Positions 1 to 12,153 of a stretch of 64,000 nucleotides of DNA are shown in pieces. The stretch's first letter is position 1. The number at the start of each line of letters is the position of its first letter. A model generated the notes under the pieces. It searched no databases. It saw nothing but the letters and a program-made list of their open reading frames with translations, and was not told the origin of the DNA. Position numbers and translations under genes: made by a program. Source of the DNA: Ranitomeya imitator (Eukaryota); assembly GCF_032444005.1 (NCBI RefSeq), contig NC_091283.1, forward strand, positions 38,192,001 to 38,256,000, given 5' to 3'.

Positions 1-510
1 CTCCACAGGAAGTGATGGCGGGTTTTTCTCCACAGGAAGTGAGGGTGGGCCTTTCTCCACTGGAAGTGATGGCAGGCCTTTCTCCACAGGAAGTGAGGGC
101 GGGCCTTTCTCCACAGGAAGTGAGTGGACTTTTCTCTCTCCACAGGAAGTGATGGCGGGTTTTTCTCTCTCCACTGGAAGTGAGGGCAGGCCTTCCTCTC
201 CACTGGAAGTGAGGGTGGGCCTTTCTCCACAGGAAGTGAGGGCGGGCCTTTCTCCACAGGAAGTGAGGGCTGGCCTTTCTCCACAAGAAGTGAGAGGACT
301 TTTCTCTCTCCACAGGAAGTGAAGGTGGGCCTTTCTCTCTCCACAGGAAGTGAGGGTGGGCCTTTCTCTCTCCACAGGAAGTGAGGGCTAGTCTTTCTCT
401 CTCCACAAAAAGTGAGGGCGGGCCTTTCTCCAAAGTAAGTGATGGCAGGTCTCCACAGGAAGTGAGGGCTAGTCTTTCTCCACAGGAAGTGAGGCAGGTT
501 TTTGTCTCTA
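1..510. repeat. ~27-31 bp minisatellite (ctccacaggaagtgagggtgggcctttct), about 18 units, in the intron upstream of the gene A TM exon
   Basis: Direct tandem repetition; GGAAGTG is intact in about 15 units. Confidence 0.95.
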
Positions 511-661
511 CAGAGCAAGTGAGGATGAGTTGTTTTTATCCCTAGAGGTAGTGTGGGCAGGTTTTTGTCTCACTTTTTATAAGGTTGAGGAAGGAGGTGT
601 TGTTAATAAGAATCTAAGAGGGAACCATATTGAATTTGTAATATTTACTTTTTTTTCTCAG

Positions 662-772
662 GACGAGAGCATCAAGCACCACTGAAAATGTATATATTCT
701 CTGCTGTCATTGGAGCTGAAGCATGTGTTATAGTAATCCTGATTGCTGTGGTTATTAGGAATCATTCCCGAG
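662..772 (+). CDS. Gene A transmembrane exon (Ig-superfamily-type inhibitory receptor)
   Basis: Acceptor tttttttctcag|GA and donor CGAG|gtttgt, phase 1 at both ends. Translates (G)REHQAPLKMYIFSAVIGAEACVIVILIAVVIRNHSR: a ~23-residue hydrophobic stretch followed by basic residues. Confidence 0.8.
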
Positions 773-870
773 GTTTGTATGAATGTACATGTGGAAGTCA
801 GAAATAATAATTTCCATGATTTACAAGCGTACATTCTGTCACATATTGGTAAAAGTAGACAGCATGGCGA

Positions 871-961
871 TGGGCTGGATGTTATATACCATAGTGGTGA
901 GGGGCTATATGTTATACACCATGGTGGTGAGGGGCTGGATGTTATACACCATGGTGGTGAG
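871..961. repeat. 30-bp minisatellite, left part (split by the hAT insertion)
   Basis: Three units of gttatacaccatggtggtgaggggctggat, the same unit as at 9014 onward. Confidence 0.95.
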
Positions 962-2819
962 TAGGGTTGAGCGACCTTGACTTTTTTAGAGTCGAGTCGG
1001 GTTTCGCAAAACCCGACTATCTCAAAAGTCGGGTCGAGTGAAATCGGCCGATTATGTCGAAAAGTCGGGATCGACCGAAACACGAAACCCAATGCAAGTC
1101 AATGGGGCAGCATAGTCGGCAGTGAGTGGGGGGCCAGGAAAACACCTAGAGTGCCCATTTTAATGGCAAAAACATCCATTCTTCTTAATGAAGCTTGTCA
1201 ATCTTAATTTCCCTTATAATAATAGTTAGGCATTGGAAATTGGGGGTCATTTGGCTAAAGTTGTTGGGGGTAGGGCTGGTTCAAGTATTTTGTGGGCCCA
1301 GGAAATCTGGACCACGTCACGGCAGTGGAGCAGGGCGAGGTAAGTATTTAAACTTTGCAAGTGCTGTGATCCTGAGCAAGCAGGGGGGGGGCACTGTTTG
1401 GCATTGGCACTGGCACAGGGCCCCTCAAAGTACGGCGGTGTGTTTGCACGGCGGGGGCACCTCCCACCGGCAGCGACACTTTTGTGTACTATGAGGGGCC
1501 CTGTGCCAGTGACGTCGCCAACGAGTATCCCCCCCACCTGATGAAGGAACCTGCACTTTCATCTGCACCTTCCTCTTTGTCCCCTTGAAAGGTGGTATAG
1601 TATGTGGGAAGGGGAACCTGAATTTTAGCAGGGTCAGATTCTGGCTGTGTAGCGTGCAAGGGGAATGTAGTGGTCTGGGGCAATGTACCAGCAGACTCAT
1701 CTATCACTGGCTGGGCAATGGGCAGGATGAGGAGGAAACACAGATATAGGCCCAAATAATAAAGTGGGCTAAATGCAGTTCAAAATTGAAAGGCAAGTTT
1801 AGGACCTGGTATAAGAGAGATGCCGTAAAGTGGCTACCAGGTACACATAAAATTGGCCATTTTTATGCGCTAAACGCTCTCATTTTTCATATTTCTAGTG
1901 CAGTAATACAGTTCAATTTTCGTGTTTTATGTTTGTATGTTTTAGCGCTGCAGTGTGGTGCCTTATTTATTTGACTATATATGAGTTGGCGACTCTAGGT
2001 TCAGCACCTGTTCACACTTAGTCTATGTTTGGATGTGACGGTCAGTCTTTTGAAACAAATCAGTAAGTAGGCTAAATGCAGTTCAAAATTGGAAACAGAA
2101 GTAAACAGGCGGCACTGGTTTGTTCAGTGGAGAACAGCAAGGAGCGGCAGACACTGTTAGTAGGGCCAACAAAACAAGTAGGCCAAATGCATTGTTATAT
2201 TACAAAATTTAACGAGAGCCTCAAAATTGAAGCTAAGGAAAGGCAACCTGGAGAACACCTTGGAGCGGCAGACACCGTTTCTAGAACCCAACCAAACAAG
2301 TAGGCCCACTGCAGTTTTTAAATAAAAAAAAAACTCTTCAACGAGAGACTGAAAATTGAAGCTCAGAGGAGGACCGCTGTATTGAGTGGCGTAGACACAC
2401 AGGTAGTAGGCCTTAAACAAAAAATTTGTCTCAATGCAGTTTAAAAAAAGGTTACAGGGGTACACAGGCAGCATTGGTGTGGTCAGCGGAGGACAATTTA
2501 AATTAGGGACTGCAGACAGACTTAGTAGGATGTCCCCTGTGGACCATGCATCCACCACATTAACCCAGTGCGCCGTAATGGACACGCAACCTTCCGTGGA
2601 CATGCCTACTGGTCCATGCGTCTGTTGTCAGGTGCACCTTTGTACTCACAGATTGCCTGAGTGCATGGACGATGCGGTCTTTTACATGCTGGTGGAGGGC
2701 TGGGATGGCTTTTCTCGCAAAAGAAGTGTCGACTGGGTAGCTCGTACCGTGGTACAGCGTAGTCCATCTGGGCTTTATAAATATAAAATAAAGAAAAAAA
2801 GTAGGCTCTATGCACTTTC

Positions 2820-3310
2820 AACTAGGTTCCAGGGGTACACGGCCAGCATTGGTCTGGTCAGTGGAGGACAATTTCAATTATGGACCGCAGACAGACTTAG
2901 TACGCCTACAATTAAAAAAAGGATGCTCTATGCAATTTAAAATAGGTTCCAGGGGTACACGGCCAGCATTGGTCTGGTCAGTGGAGGACTATTGGAAGGA
3001 GGGTGTAGGCACTTTAAAATAGGTTCCAGGGGTACACGGGCAGCAGTGGTGTGGTCAGTGGAGGACTATTGGAAGGAGGGACCGCAGACAGACTCAGTAC
3101 TAGGCCTAACATAACAAAAGTAGGCTGTAGGCAATTTAAAATTGGTTCCAAGGGTACACGGGCAGCAGTGGTCTGGTCAGTGGAGGACTAGTGGAAGGAG
3201 GGACCGCAGACAGGCTTAGTAGGCCTAACATAACAAAAGTAGGCTCTATGCACTTGGAATTATCTTGCAGGGGTACACAGGCAGCATTGGTGTTGTCAGC
3301 GGAGGCCGAT
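2820..3310. repeat. Internal imperfect tandem repeats of the hAT element (ggttccaggggtacacgggcagcagtggtctggtcagtggaggact...)
   Basis: About five imperfect copies visible. Confidence 0.8.
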
Positions 3311-3976
3311 TGTAAGGAGTGTCTGACAGTTAGTACTCACAAAAAATAAATAGATGTTAATGTCTCGCAATACAACAAAACCAAAAAACAAAAGGGTGGC
3401 ATACTTAGGTACAGGGGTGGGCTCCTCTGCTGAGTTTCAGACCTAGTAATTTGGCGCTAAGTATTTACTGGTGTAAATATAGGACACTGCCCCTGACTAT
3501 TTTAAGTAGCATCATACATGTCAACACATTGGTATTGTCAGTGCCAGGCATTGAAGGATGTCAGCGCATAGACTAAACATTGGTGGAGCTGTGAGAGATA
3601 ATTTTGCAAATCGTAGAGCACTGTTTGAGCTGGGGGGGGGAACTGTCTTGTGGCCGGCGGTACAGGCCCTGGGCCCCTCATGTTACAACAGTGTGTCTGA
3701 CGTTGGTTGCGCGCCACCACCGCCAGAGACACTTTATTGTACTATGAGGGACCCAGTGGCAGTGCCGTCGACCAAAAGCGTGCACACCCACCTCTTCAGA
3801 CAAACGGCACTCTCACGGGTGCTTGCGCCAAGTTGCGAGACCACGGCCCCGCGGGGGGAGTTTGCCCATTTAGGGAGGTGTAAACATGTCATATGCTGGA
3901 CAAACAGCTGCTGCAAATTACGAGATTGGAAAACTCAGTCAGACCAGTCCACAAGCAAGACCTTTTCATAGGAAAG

Positions 3977-6900
3977 CTAGGTGTCAGCCGGGAAAGGTGG
4001 GGCAAAAGAATTCGAAATCCAGGAGTGGTTCATTTTAATGAAGGTTAGATCATCAACATTTTGGGTAGCCAGACGAGTCCTTTTTTCGGTTAATATTGAA
4101 CCAGCAGCACTGAATACTCTTTCTGATAGCACACTAGCTGCTGGGCAAGCAAGCTCCTGCAATGCATATTCTGCCAATTCTGGCCAGGTGTCTAATTTGG
4201 ATGCCCAGTAATCAAATGGGAATGACGGTTGAGGGAGAACATCGATAAGGGATGAAAAATAGTTAGTAACCATACTGGACAAATGTTGTCTCCTGTCACT
4301 TTGAATTGATGCTGCAGTACCTGTCCTGTCTGCGGTCATAGCAAAATCACTCCACAACCTGGTCAGAAAACCCCTCTGTCCAACGCCACTTCTGATTTGT
4401 GCACCTCTAACACCTCTGGTCTGCTGCCCCCTGCAGCTCGTGTGAGAACCATCACCGGCGCTGTGTGCTGGGAATGCCTGAATCAAACGGTCAACAAGAG
4501 TTGATTGTTTGGTTGCTAATATTTGTTCCAGGTTCTCATGTGGCATAATATTTAGCAATTTGCCTTTATAGCGAGGATCAAGGAGGCAGGCCAACCAGTA
4601 ATCGTCATTGGTCATCATTTTAATAATGCGTGGGTCCCTTTTGAGGATACGTAAGGCATAATCCGAAATGTGGGCCAAAGTTCCAGTTGTCAAATCTGCG
4701 GATGTGCTGGGTTGAGGGGCAGTTACAGGCAAATCTACGTCACTTGTGTCCCTCAAAAAAACAGAACCCGGCCTTGCCACGCCACCAATTTCCATTGGCC
4801 CCGGAGAAGCTTCCTCATTAAAAAAAAGTCATCCCCATCATCCTCCTCGTCCTCCTCCTCCTGTTCGCCCGCTACCTCGTCCTGTACACTGCCCTGACCA
4901 GACAATGGCTGACTGTCATCAAGGCTTTCCTCTTCCTCTGCTGCAGACGCCTGCTCCTTTATGTGCGTCAAACTTTGCATCAGCAGACGCATTAGGGGGA
5001 TGCTCATGCTTATTATGGTGTTGTCTGCACTAACCAGCCGTGTGCATTCCTCAAAACACTGAAGGACTTGACACATGTCTTGTACCTTCGACCACTGCAC
5101 ACCTGACAACTCCATGTCTGCCATCCAACTGCCTGCCCGTGTATGTGTATCCTCCCACAAATACATAACAGCACGCCTCTGTTCGCACAGTCTCTGAAGC
5201 ATGTGCAGTGTTGAGTTCCACCTTGTTGCAACGTCGATGATTAGGCGATGCTGGGGAAGGTTCAAAGACCGCTGATAGTTCTGCATACGGCTGGAGTGTA
5301 CGGGCGAACGGCGGATATGCGAGCAAAGTCTGCGCACTTTGAGGAGCAGGTCGGATAACCCCGGATAACTTTTCAGGAAGCACTGCACCACCAGGTTTAA
5401 GGTGTGAGCCAGGCAAGGAATGTGTTTCAGTTGGGAAAGGGCTATGGCAGCCATGAAATTCCTTCCGTTATCACTCACTACCTTGCCTGCCTCAAGATGT
5501 ACAGTGCCCAGCCATGACTGCGTTTCTTTCTGCAAGAACTCGGACAGAGCTTCTGCGGTGTGTCTGTTGTCACCCAGACACTTCATTGCCAATACAGCCT
5601 GCTGACGCTTGCCAGTAGCTGCCCCATAATGAGACACCTGGTGTGCAACAGTGGCAGCTGCGGATGGAGTGGTTGTGCGACTGCGGTCTGTGGACGAGCT
5701 CTCGCTTCTGCAGGAGGAGGAGGAGGAGGGGGGGCGAACGGCTAAAGCCAACTGTTTCCTAGACCGTGGGCTAGGCAGAACTGTCCCAATATTGCTGTCC
5801 CCTGCGGACCCTGCATCCACCACATTCACCCAGTGTGCCGTGATGGACACGTAACGTCCCTGGCCATGCCTACTGGTCCATGCATCTGTGGTCAGGTGCA
5901 CCTTTGTACTCACAGATTGCCTGAGTGCATGGACAATGCGCTCTTTAACATGCTGGTGGAGGGCTGGGATGGCTTTTCTCGAAAAGAAGTATCGACTGGG
6001 TAGCTCGTAGCGTGGTACAGCGTAGTCCATCAGGGCTTTGAAAGCTTCGCTTTCAACTAACCGGTAGGGCATCATCTCTAACGAGATTAGTCTAGCTATG
6101 TGGGCGTTCAAACCCTGTGTACGCGGATGCGAGGCTAAGTACTTCCTTTTTCTAATGAGAGTCTCGTGTAGGGTGAGCTGGACTGGAGAGCTAGAGATTG
6201 TGGAACTAGCGGGGGTGCCGGTGGACATGGCAGACTGAGAGACGGTTGGAGACGGTATTCTTGCCGGTGCCCTACATGCAGTGTTTCCTACTACGAAACT
6301 GGTGATTCCCTGACTGCTTTGGCCTGGCAACGAAACCTGCACAGATACTGCAGGTGGTGCGGGAAATGGTGGCCTTACAGTGACGGAAGGGATGTAGCGT
6401 TGCTGACTAGCTTCATTGGCCGAGGGTGCTACAACCTTAAGGGACGTTTGGTAGTTAGTCCAGGCTTGCAAATACATGGTGGTTAAATGTCTATGCATGC
6501 AACTTGTATTTAGACTTTTCAGATTCTGACCTCTGCTTAAGGTAGTTGAACATTTTTGACAGATGACTTTGCGCTGATCATTTGGATGTTGTTTAAAAAA
6601 ATGCCAGACTGCACTCTTTCTACCATCGGATACCTTTTCAGGCATTGCAGACTGAGCTTCTTTAACCAGATGGCCACGCTGTCCTCCAACAGGTTTTGGC
6701 TTTGCCACGCGTTTTGGGCCAGATACGGGCCCGGCAGATGGAACCTGTTGCGATGTTGATGCCTGCTGCGGCCCCTCCTCCTCCGCTTCAGAACTGCCGC
6801 CTGCACCCTGTTCCCCCAATGGCTGCCAATCGGGGTCAACAACTGGGTCATCTATGACCTCCTCTTCTATCTCGTGTGCAACTTCGTCTGTGTCACCGTG

Positions 6901-7517
6901 TAAGCCGGTGGTATAGCGTTCGTGACGGGGCACCATAGTCTCATCAGGGTCTGATTCTGGATTAGTACACTGCGAGGGCAATGTTCTGGTCTGAGTCAAA
7001 GGAACAGCATAGTAGTCTGGCTGTGGCTGTGCTTCTGTGCACTCCATGTCCGATTCAACTTCTAATGGGCATAGCCTGTTAACTGTTTCACTTTCTAAGT
7101 CAGGAACGGTATGTGTAAAGAGCTCCATGGAGTAACCCGTGCTGCATTCTTCTCTGTTGTTGTTTTTGATGAAGAGGACAAGGAAGTGACTTGTCCCTGA
7201 CCGTGAACATCCACTAACGACGCGCTGCTTTTACATTTACCAGTTTCAGAAGAGGAGGCGAAAGAGCTAGAGGCTGAGTCAGCAAGGAAAGCCAAAACTT
7301 GCTCTTGCTGCTCCGGCTTTAAAAGCGGTTTTCCTACTCCCAGAAAAGGGAGCGTTCGAGGCCTTGTGTTGCCAGACGATGACGGTGGCTCCACAACTCG
7401 AAACTTAGCTGCTATATTGCTCTTCCCACGACCACCTGATGCTCCACCACCACTACCATCATTACCAGCTGGCAATGACCGCCCACGGCCACGACCTCTT
7501 CCACCAGACTTCCTCAT
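3977..7517 (-). pseudogene. hAT (ZBED/Ac-like) transposase with two frameshifts
   Basis: ATG at 7517 (MRKSGGRGRGRG); BED finger AVWHFF..CQKC; catalytic motifs TTDAWTS, VSDNGRN, SERVFS; C-terminal hAT dimerisation segment WPELAEYALQELACPAAS. Frame changes near 7130-7145 and at the A8 run at 4820-4827. Confidence 0.9.
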
Positions 7518-7629
7518 TGTTTGCAAAACGTAACCAAAGTAACGGTATTTGTTACTGTAAAACAACTTACAAGGTGAACTCAAACTTCTGTAGGATTTAG
7601 ATATCCCTTTATAGGTGGGTGAGACTGCA

Positions 7630-8230
7630 AGGAAAATCAGGCACAATGTTACACACTAGGTTTTCTGTGGCACAAAATGAGAGAGATGCCACACACGCAG
7701 GACTGTCACTCAAGCACAAATGCCAATATTAATCTCCCACTAATTTTTTTTTTTCAGGGAGAATTAAAAAAAAACAAAAACAAAAAAAACAGTATTATAG
7801 ACACTAGGCTTTCTGTGCCCCACAATTTGAGAGAGATGGGACACACGGCTGGCACTCAACCACAAATGCCAATATTAATCTCCCACTATTTTTTTTTTTT
7901 CAGGGAGAATTTAAAAAAAAAAAAAAACAGTATTAGACACTAGGCTTTTTGTGCACCAAAATTTGAGAGAGATGGCACACACAGCACTGGCACTGAAGCA
8001 GAAATGCCAATCTTAATCTCCCACTATTTTTTTATTATTTCTGGAAGAATTGGCAAGAAATCTGGCCCACTCTTGGACTGTATGTTTTCTGTGCCAGAAA
8101 ATGAGACACAGATGCCACACACAGGACTGCCACTGATGCAGATTTGCCAATTTTAATCTGCACCCTTTATTTTTTTTTTCCTTCAGGGAGACGTGAATAA
8201 ATCTGGGCCACTGTATTAGAGTATATTTTC
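7630..8230. repeat. ~135-bp imperfect tandem repeats upstream of the hAT transposase
   Basis: The block gacactagg(c/t)tttctgtg...aatgccaatattaatctcccac...cagggagaatt recurs about four times. Confidence 0.8.
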
Positions 8231-9013
8231 TGTGGCAGAAAGTGGCTTGAAGAGATATAACGAAACAAAGAAAAAAAAAAACAGGGAGTGTCCTTCAATT
8301 ACTATCTCCCTGCCTGCAGTAATCTCAGCCAGGTATGGCAGGCAGCAATAAGGAGTGGACTGATGCACAAATTAAATAAAAAGTGTGGACAAACAAACAA
8401 GATGGCTGTGCAGAAAGGAAGGAACAAGAGGATTTGTGCTTTGAAAAAAGCAGTTGGTTTGCACAGCGGCGTACACACAGCAATGCAGCTATCAGGGAGC
8501 CTTCTAGGGCAGCCCAATGAGCTACAGCGCTGAGGGGGAAAAAAAAAAAAAAAAAACTTCCACTGTCCCTGCACACCGAGGGTGGTGTTGGACAGTGCAA
8601 ATCGCTGCAGCACAAGCGGTTTTGTGGTTAATGGACCCTGCCTAACGCTATCCCTGCTTCTGACAAAGCGGCAGCAACCTCTCCTTATGCTCAGATCAGC
8701 AGCAGTAAGATGGCGGTCGGCGGGAACGCCTCTTTATAGCCCCTGTGACACCGCAGACAGCAAGCCAATCACTGGATTGCCCTTCTCTAAGATGGTGGGG
8801 ACCAGGACCTATGTCATCACGCTGCCCACACTCTGCGTCCACCTTCATTGGCTGAGAAATGGCGCTTTTCGCGTCATTGAAACGCGACTTTGGCGCGAAA
8901 GTCGCGTACCGCATGGCCGACCCCACACAGGGATCGGATCGGGTTTCATGAAACCCGACTTTGCCAAAAGTCGGCGACTTATGAAAATGAACGATCCGTT
9001 TCGCTCAACCCTA

Positions 9014-11150
9014 GTGGTGAGGGGCTGGATGTTATACACCATGGTGGTGAGGGGCTGGATGTTATATACCATGGTGGTGAGGGGCTGGATGTTATACACC
9101 ATGGTGGTGAGGAGCTAGATGTTATACACCATGGTGGTGAGGGGCTGGATGTTATACACCATGGTGGTGAGGGGCTGGATGTTATACACCATGGTGGTGA
9201 GGGGCTGGATGTTATATACCATGGTGGTGAGGGGCTGGATGTTATACACCATGGTGGTGAGGGGCTGGATGTTATACACCATGGTGGTGAGGGGCTCGAT
9301 GTTATACACCATGGTGGTGAGGAGCTGGATGTTATACACCATGGTGGTGAGGGGCTGGATGTTATACACCATGGTGGTGAGGAGCTGGATGTTATACACC
9401 ATGGTGGTGAGGGGCTGGATGTTATACACCATGGTGGTGAGGAGCTGGATGTTATACACCATGGTGGTGAGGGCCTGGATGTTATACACCATGGTGGTGA
9501 GGGCCTGGATGTTATACACCATGGTGGTGAGGGGCTCGATGTTATACACCATGGTGGTGAGGGGCTCGATGTTATACACCATGGTGGTGAGGGGCTCGAT
9601 GTTATACACCATGGTGGTGAGGGGCTGGATGTTATACACCATGGTGGTGAGGGGCTGGATGTTATACACCATGGTGGTGAGGGGCTGGATGTTATACACC
9701 ATGGTGGTGAGGGGCTGGATGTTATACACCATGGTGGTGAGGGCCTGGATGTTATACACCATGGTGGTGAGGAGCTGGATGTTATACACCATGGTGGTGA
9801 GGAGCTGGATGTTATACACCATGGTGGTGAGGGCCTGGATGTTATACACCATGGTGGTGAGGGCCTGGATGTTATACACCATGGTGGTGAGGGCCTGGAT
9901 GTTATACACCATGGTGGTGAGGGCCTGGATGTTATACACCATGGTGGTGAGGGCCTGGATGTTATACACCATGGTGGTGAGGGGCTCGATGTTATACACC
10001 ATGGTGGTGAGGGGCTGGATGTTATACACCATGGTGGTGAGGGGCTGGATGTTATACACCATGGTGGTGAGGGGCTGGATGTTATACACCATGGTGGTGA
10101 GGGCCTGGATGTTATACACCATGGTGGTGAGGGGCTGGATGTTATACACCATGGTGGTGAGGGGCTGGATGTTATACACCATGGTGGTGAGGGCCTGGAT
10201 GTTATACACCATGGTGGTGAGGGCCTGGATGTTATACACCATGGTGGTGAGGGCCTGGATGTTATACACCATGGTGGTGAGGGCCTGGATGTTATACACC
10301 ATGGTGGTGAGGGCCTGGATGTTATACACCATGGTGGTGAGGAGCTGGATGTTATACACCATGGTGGTGAGGGCCTGGATGTTATACACCATGGTGGTGA
10401 GGGCCTGGATGTTATACACCATGGTGGTGAGGGCCTGGATGATATACACCATGGTGGTGAGGGCCTGGATGTTATACACCATGGTGGTGAGGGCCTGGAT
10501 GTTATACACCATGGTGGTGAGGGCCTGGATGTTATACACCATGGTGGTGAGGGCCTGGATGTTATACACCATGGTGGTGAGGGGCTGGATGTTATACACC
10601 ATGGTGGTGAGGGCCTGGATGTTATACACCATGGTGGTGAGGGCCTGGATGTTATACACCATGGTGGTGAGGGCCTGGATGTTATACACCATGGTGGTGA
10701 GGGGCTGGATGTTATACACCATGGTGGTGAGGCCTGGATGTTATACACCATGGTGGTGAGGGCCTGGATGTTATACACCATGGTGGTGAGGGCCTGGATG
10801 TTATACACCAGAGGCAACAGGGATGGCTGTTATACACTCAGGGGAGGTGACCAGATTTTATACACTGGAGTCTGAGGGGCTGGATGTTACACACCGGGGG
10901 GCAAAGGGCCGGATGTTATACACTGAGGAGGGGTGAGAGGCCAGATCTTAGAAACCGGGGTGGGTGAGGGGCTGCATGTTAGATGTTATGCACCAGGGAG
11001 TGAGGGGCTGGATGTTGCACACCGGGGGCAATGAGGCCAGATATTATACTACGGGAGGTAAGGGACCGGATGATATACACAGGAAATGAGGCCAAATATT
11101 ATATACAGGGTGCTGGATGTTACACGCAGGGGGGCAACAGGGATGGATGT
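9014..11150. repeat. 30-bp minisatellite, about 60 near-perfect copies to ~10800, then degenerate
   Basis: Unit gttatacaccatggtggtgaggggctggat with the internal palindrome caccatggtg; accounts for the long low-complexity ORFs here. Confidence 0.97.
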
Positions 11151-11524
11151 TCTAACCCGAGGGCAATAGGGATGGATGAGGACATAGATTTAATTATTAA
11201 GTAGTATGTGTCCAATACTTTTGTCATTACTGTAGGTTTGGAGAGCAGGGCTTCTGGAAATAATTTTACAATTAATATAGTTACTGCTGGAAACAGTCAA
11301 CAAGCATGTGCACAGACTCTTCCTATAACATCTGAGCTATTGTTCCCAGCTGCATTGCATTCTGGGAGGGATAATCTTTTCCTTATTAGTTCCTTGGTTC
11401 TTTTCCTGGTGAACAGAAAGCAGAGTCCAGATGTCAGGTGTGATGTAAGATTATATTATTACTACTGATGTAAATGTAATTCAATGATATAAAATGTAAC
11501 CAACTTCTTTTGCTTTCTTCACAG

Positions 11525-11547
11525 GTTTATCGAGATCTAAAGATCAG
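11525..11547 (+). CDS. Gene A 23-bp cytoplasmic exon
   Basis: Acceptor cttcttttgctttcttcacag|GT and donor CAG|gtgtgt. Phase 1 in and phase 0 out link the TM exon to the ITIM exon; encodes (G)LSRSKDQ. Confidence 0.65.
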
Positions 11548-11764
11548 GTGTGTGGACCGTCATTGTAATAATACTGTACTTGGGTGATGTGAGGAGCAGA
11601 CGTTATACAGTGTATATATATATATATATTTGCTTTACATCATCTATGGGGACAATAAGGATCTAACAGCTTGGATTTCACACTCTAATACCACAGATGT
11701 GGCTGACAATCATCTTTATGTCCCATCAATATAATATGCTGGATCTGCCATGGGAAAGGGTTAA

Positions 11765-12153
11765 AAAGTATCTGTCAGCAGGTTTTTACTATGACAGGAG
11801 CATGATTTAGGAATAGAGACCCTGATTCCAGCGATGTGTCAGTTTCCTGGGTGCAGCAGTTGTGATACAGTCACAGAATGCTAAGCTCTGTATAACCCCG
11901 CCCACACCACTGATTGGCTGATTTCTGTGCACACTGTGTCTTGACAGCTGCCAATCAGCGGTTGCAGGTGTGGCCGGACTAGGAAGCACAAGACACCTAG
12001 TCCAGCAGTGACAATCTGCTGCTGATAAAACATTGATTTTATTTAAACAGCAGAATACATCCTAGTAAGTGACAAATCGCTGGAATCAGGGTCTATGCCC
12101 CTACATCATGCTGCTCTCAGAATACATTGCAAAACTGTGCTGACAGATTCTCT
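11765..12153. mobile_element. TTAA-flanked MITE (T2/Kolobok-like)
   Basis: TTAA at 11761-11764 and 12154-12157; imperfect TIR aaagtatctgtcagca / tgctgacagattctct; internal inverted repeat gaccctgattccagcgat / atcgctggaatcagggtc. Confidence 0.8.

Larger units (their letters stand above)
962..9013 (-). mobile_element. hAT-superfamily DNA transposon, ~8.05 kb, both ends intact
   Basis: Terminal inverted repeats (TIRs) TAGGGTTGAGCGA...TCGCTCAACCCTA; 8-bp target-site duplication (TSD) GTGGTGAG at 954-961 and 9014-9021; internal hAT transposase. Confidence 0.95.

Noticed and set aside
9014-10800. CRISPR-like regular repeats
   Set aside because: Units are head-to-tail with no unique spacers, there are no cas genes, and the context is eukaryotic.
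8890-10875. 500-660 aa ORFs on both strands
   Set aside because: Artefacts of a 30-bp minisatellite that lacks stops in several frames; no domain content.
11236-11437. Open phase-1 exon candidate (GLESRASG...) in the gene A intron
   Set aside because: The available donors give phase 0 or 2, which do not fit the 11525 exon; no recognisable motif.
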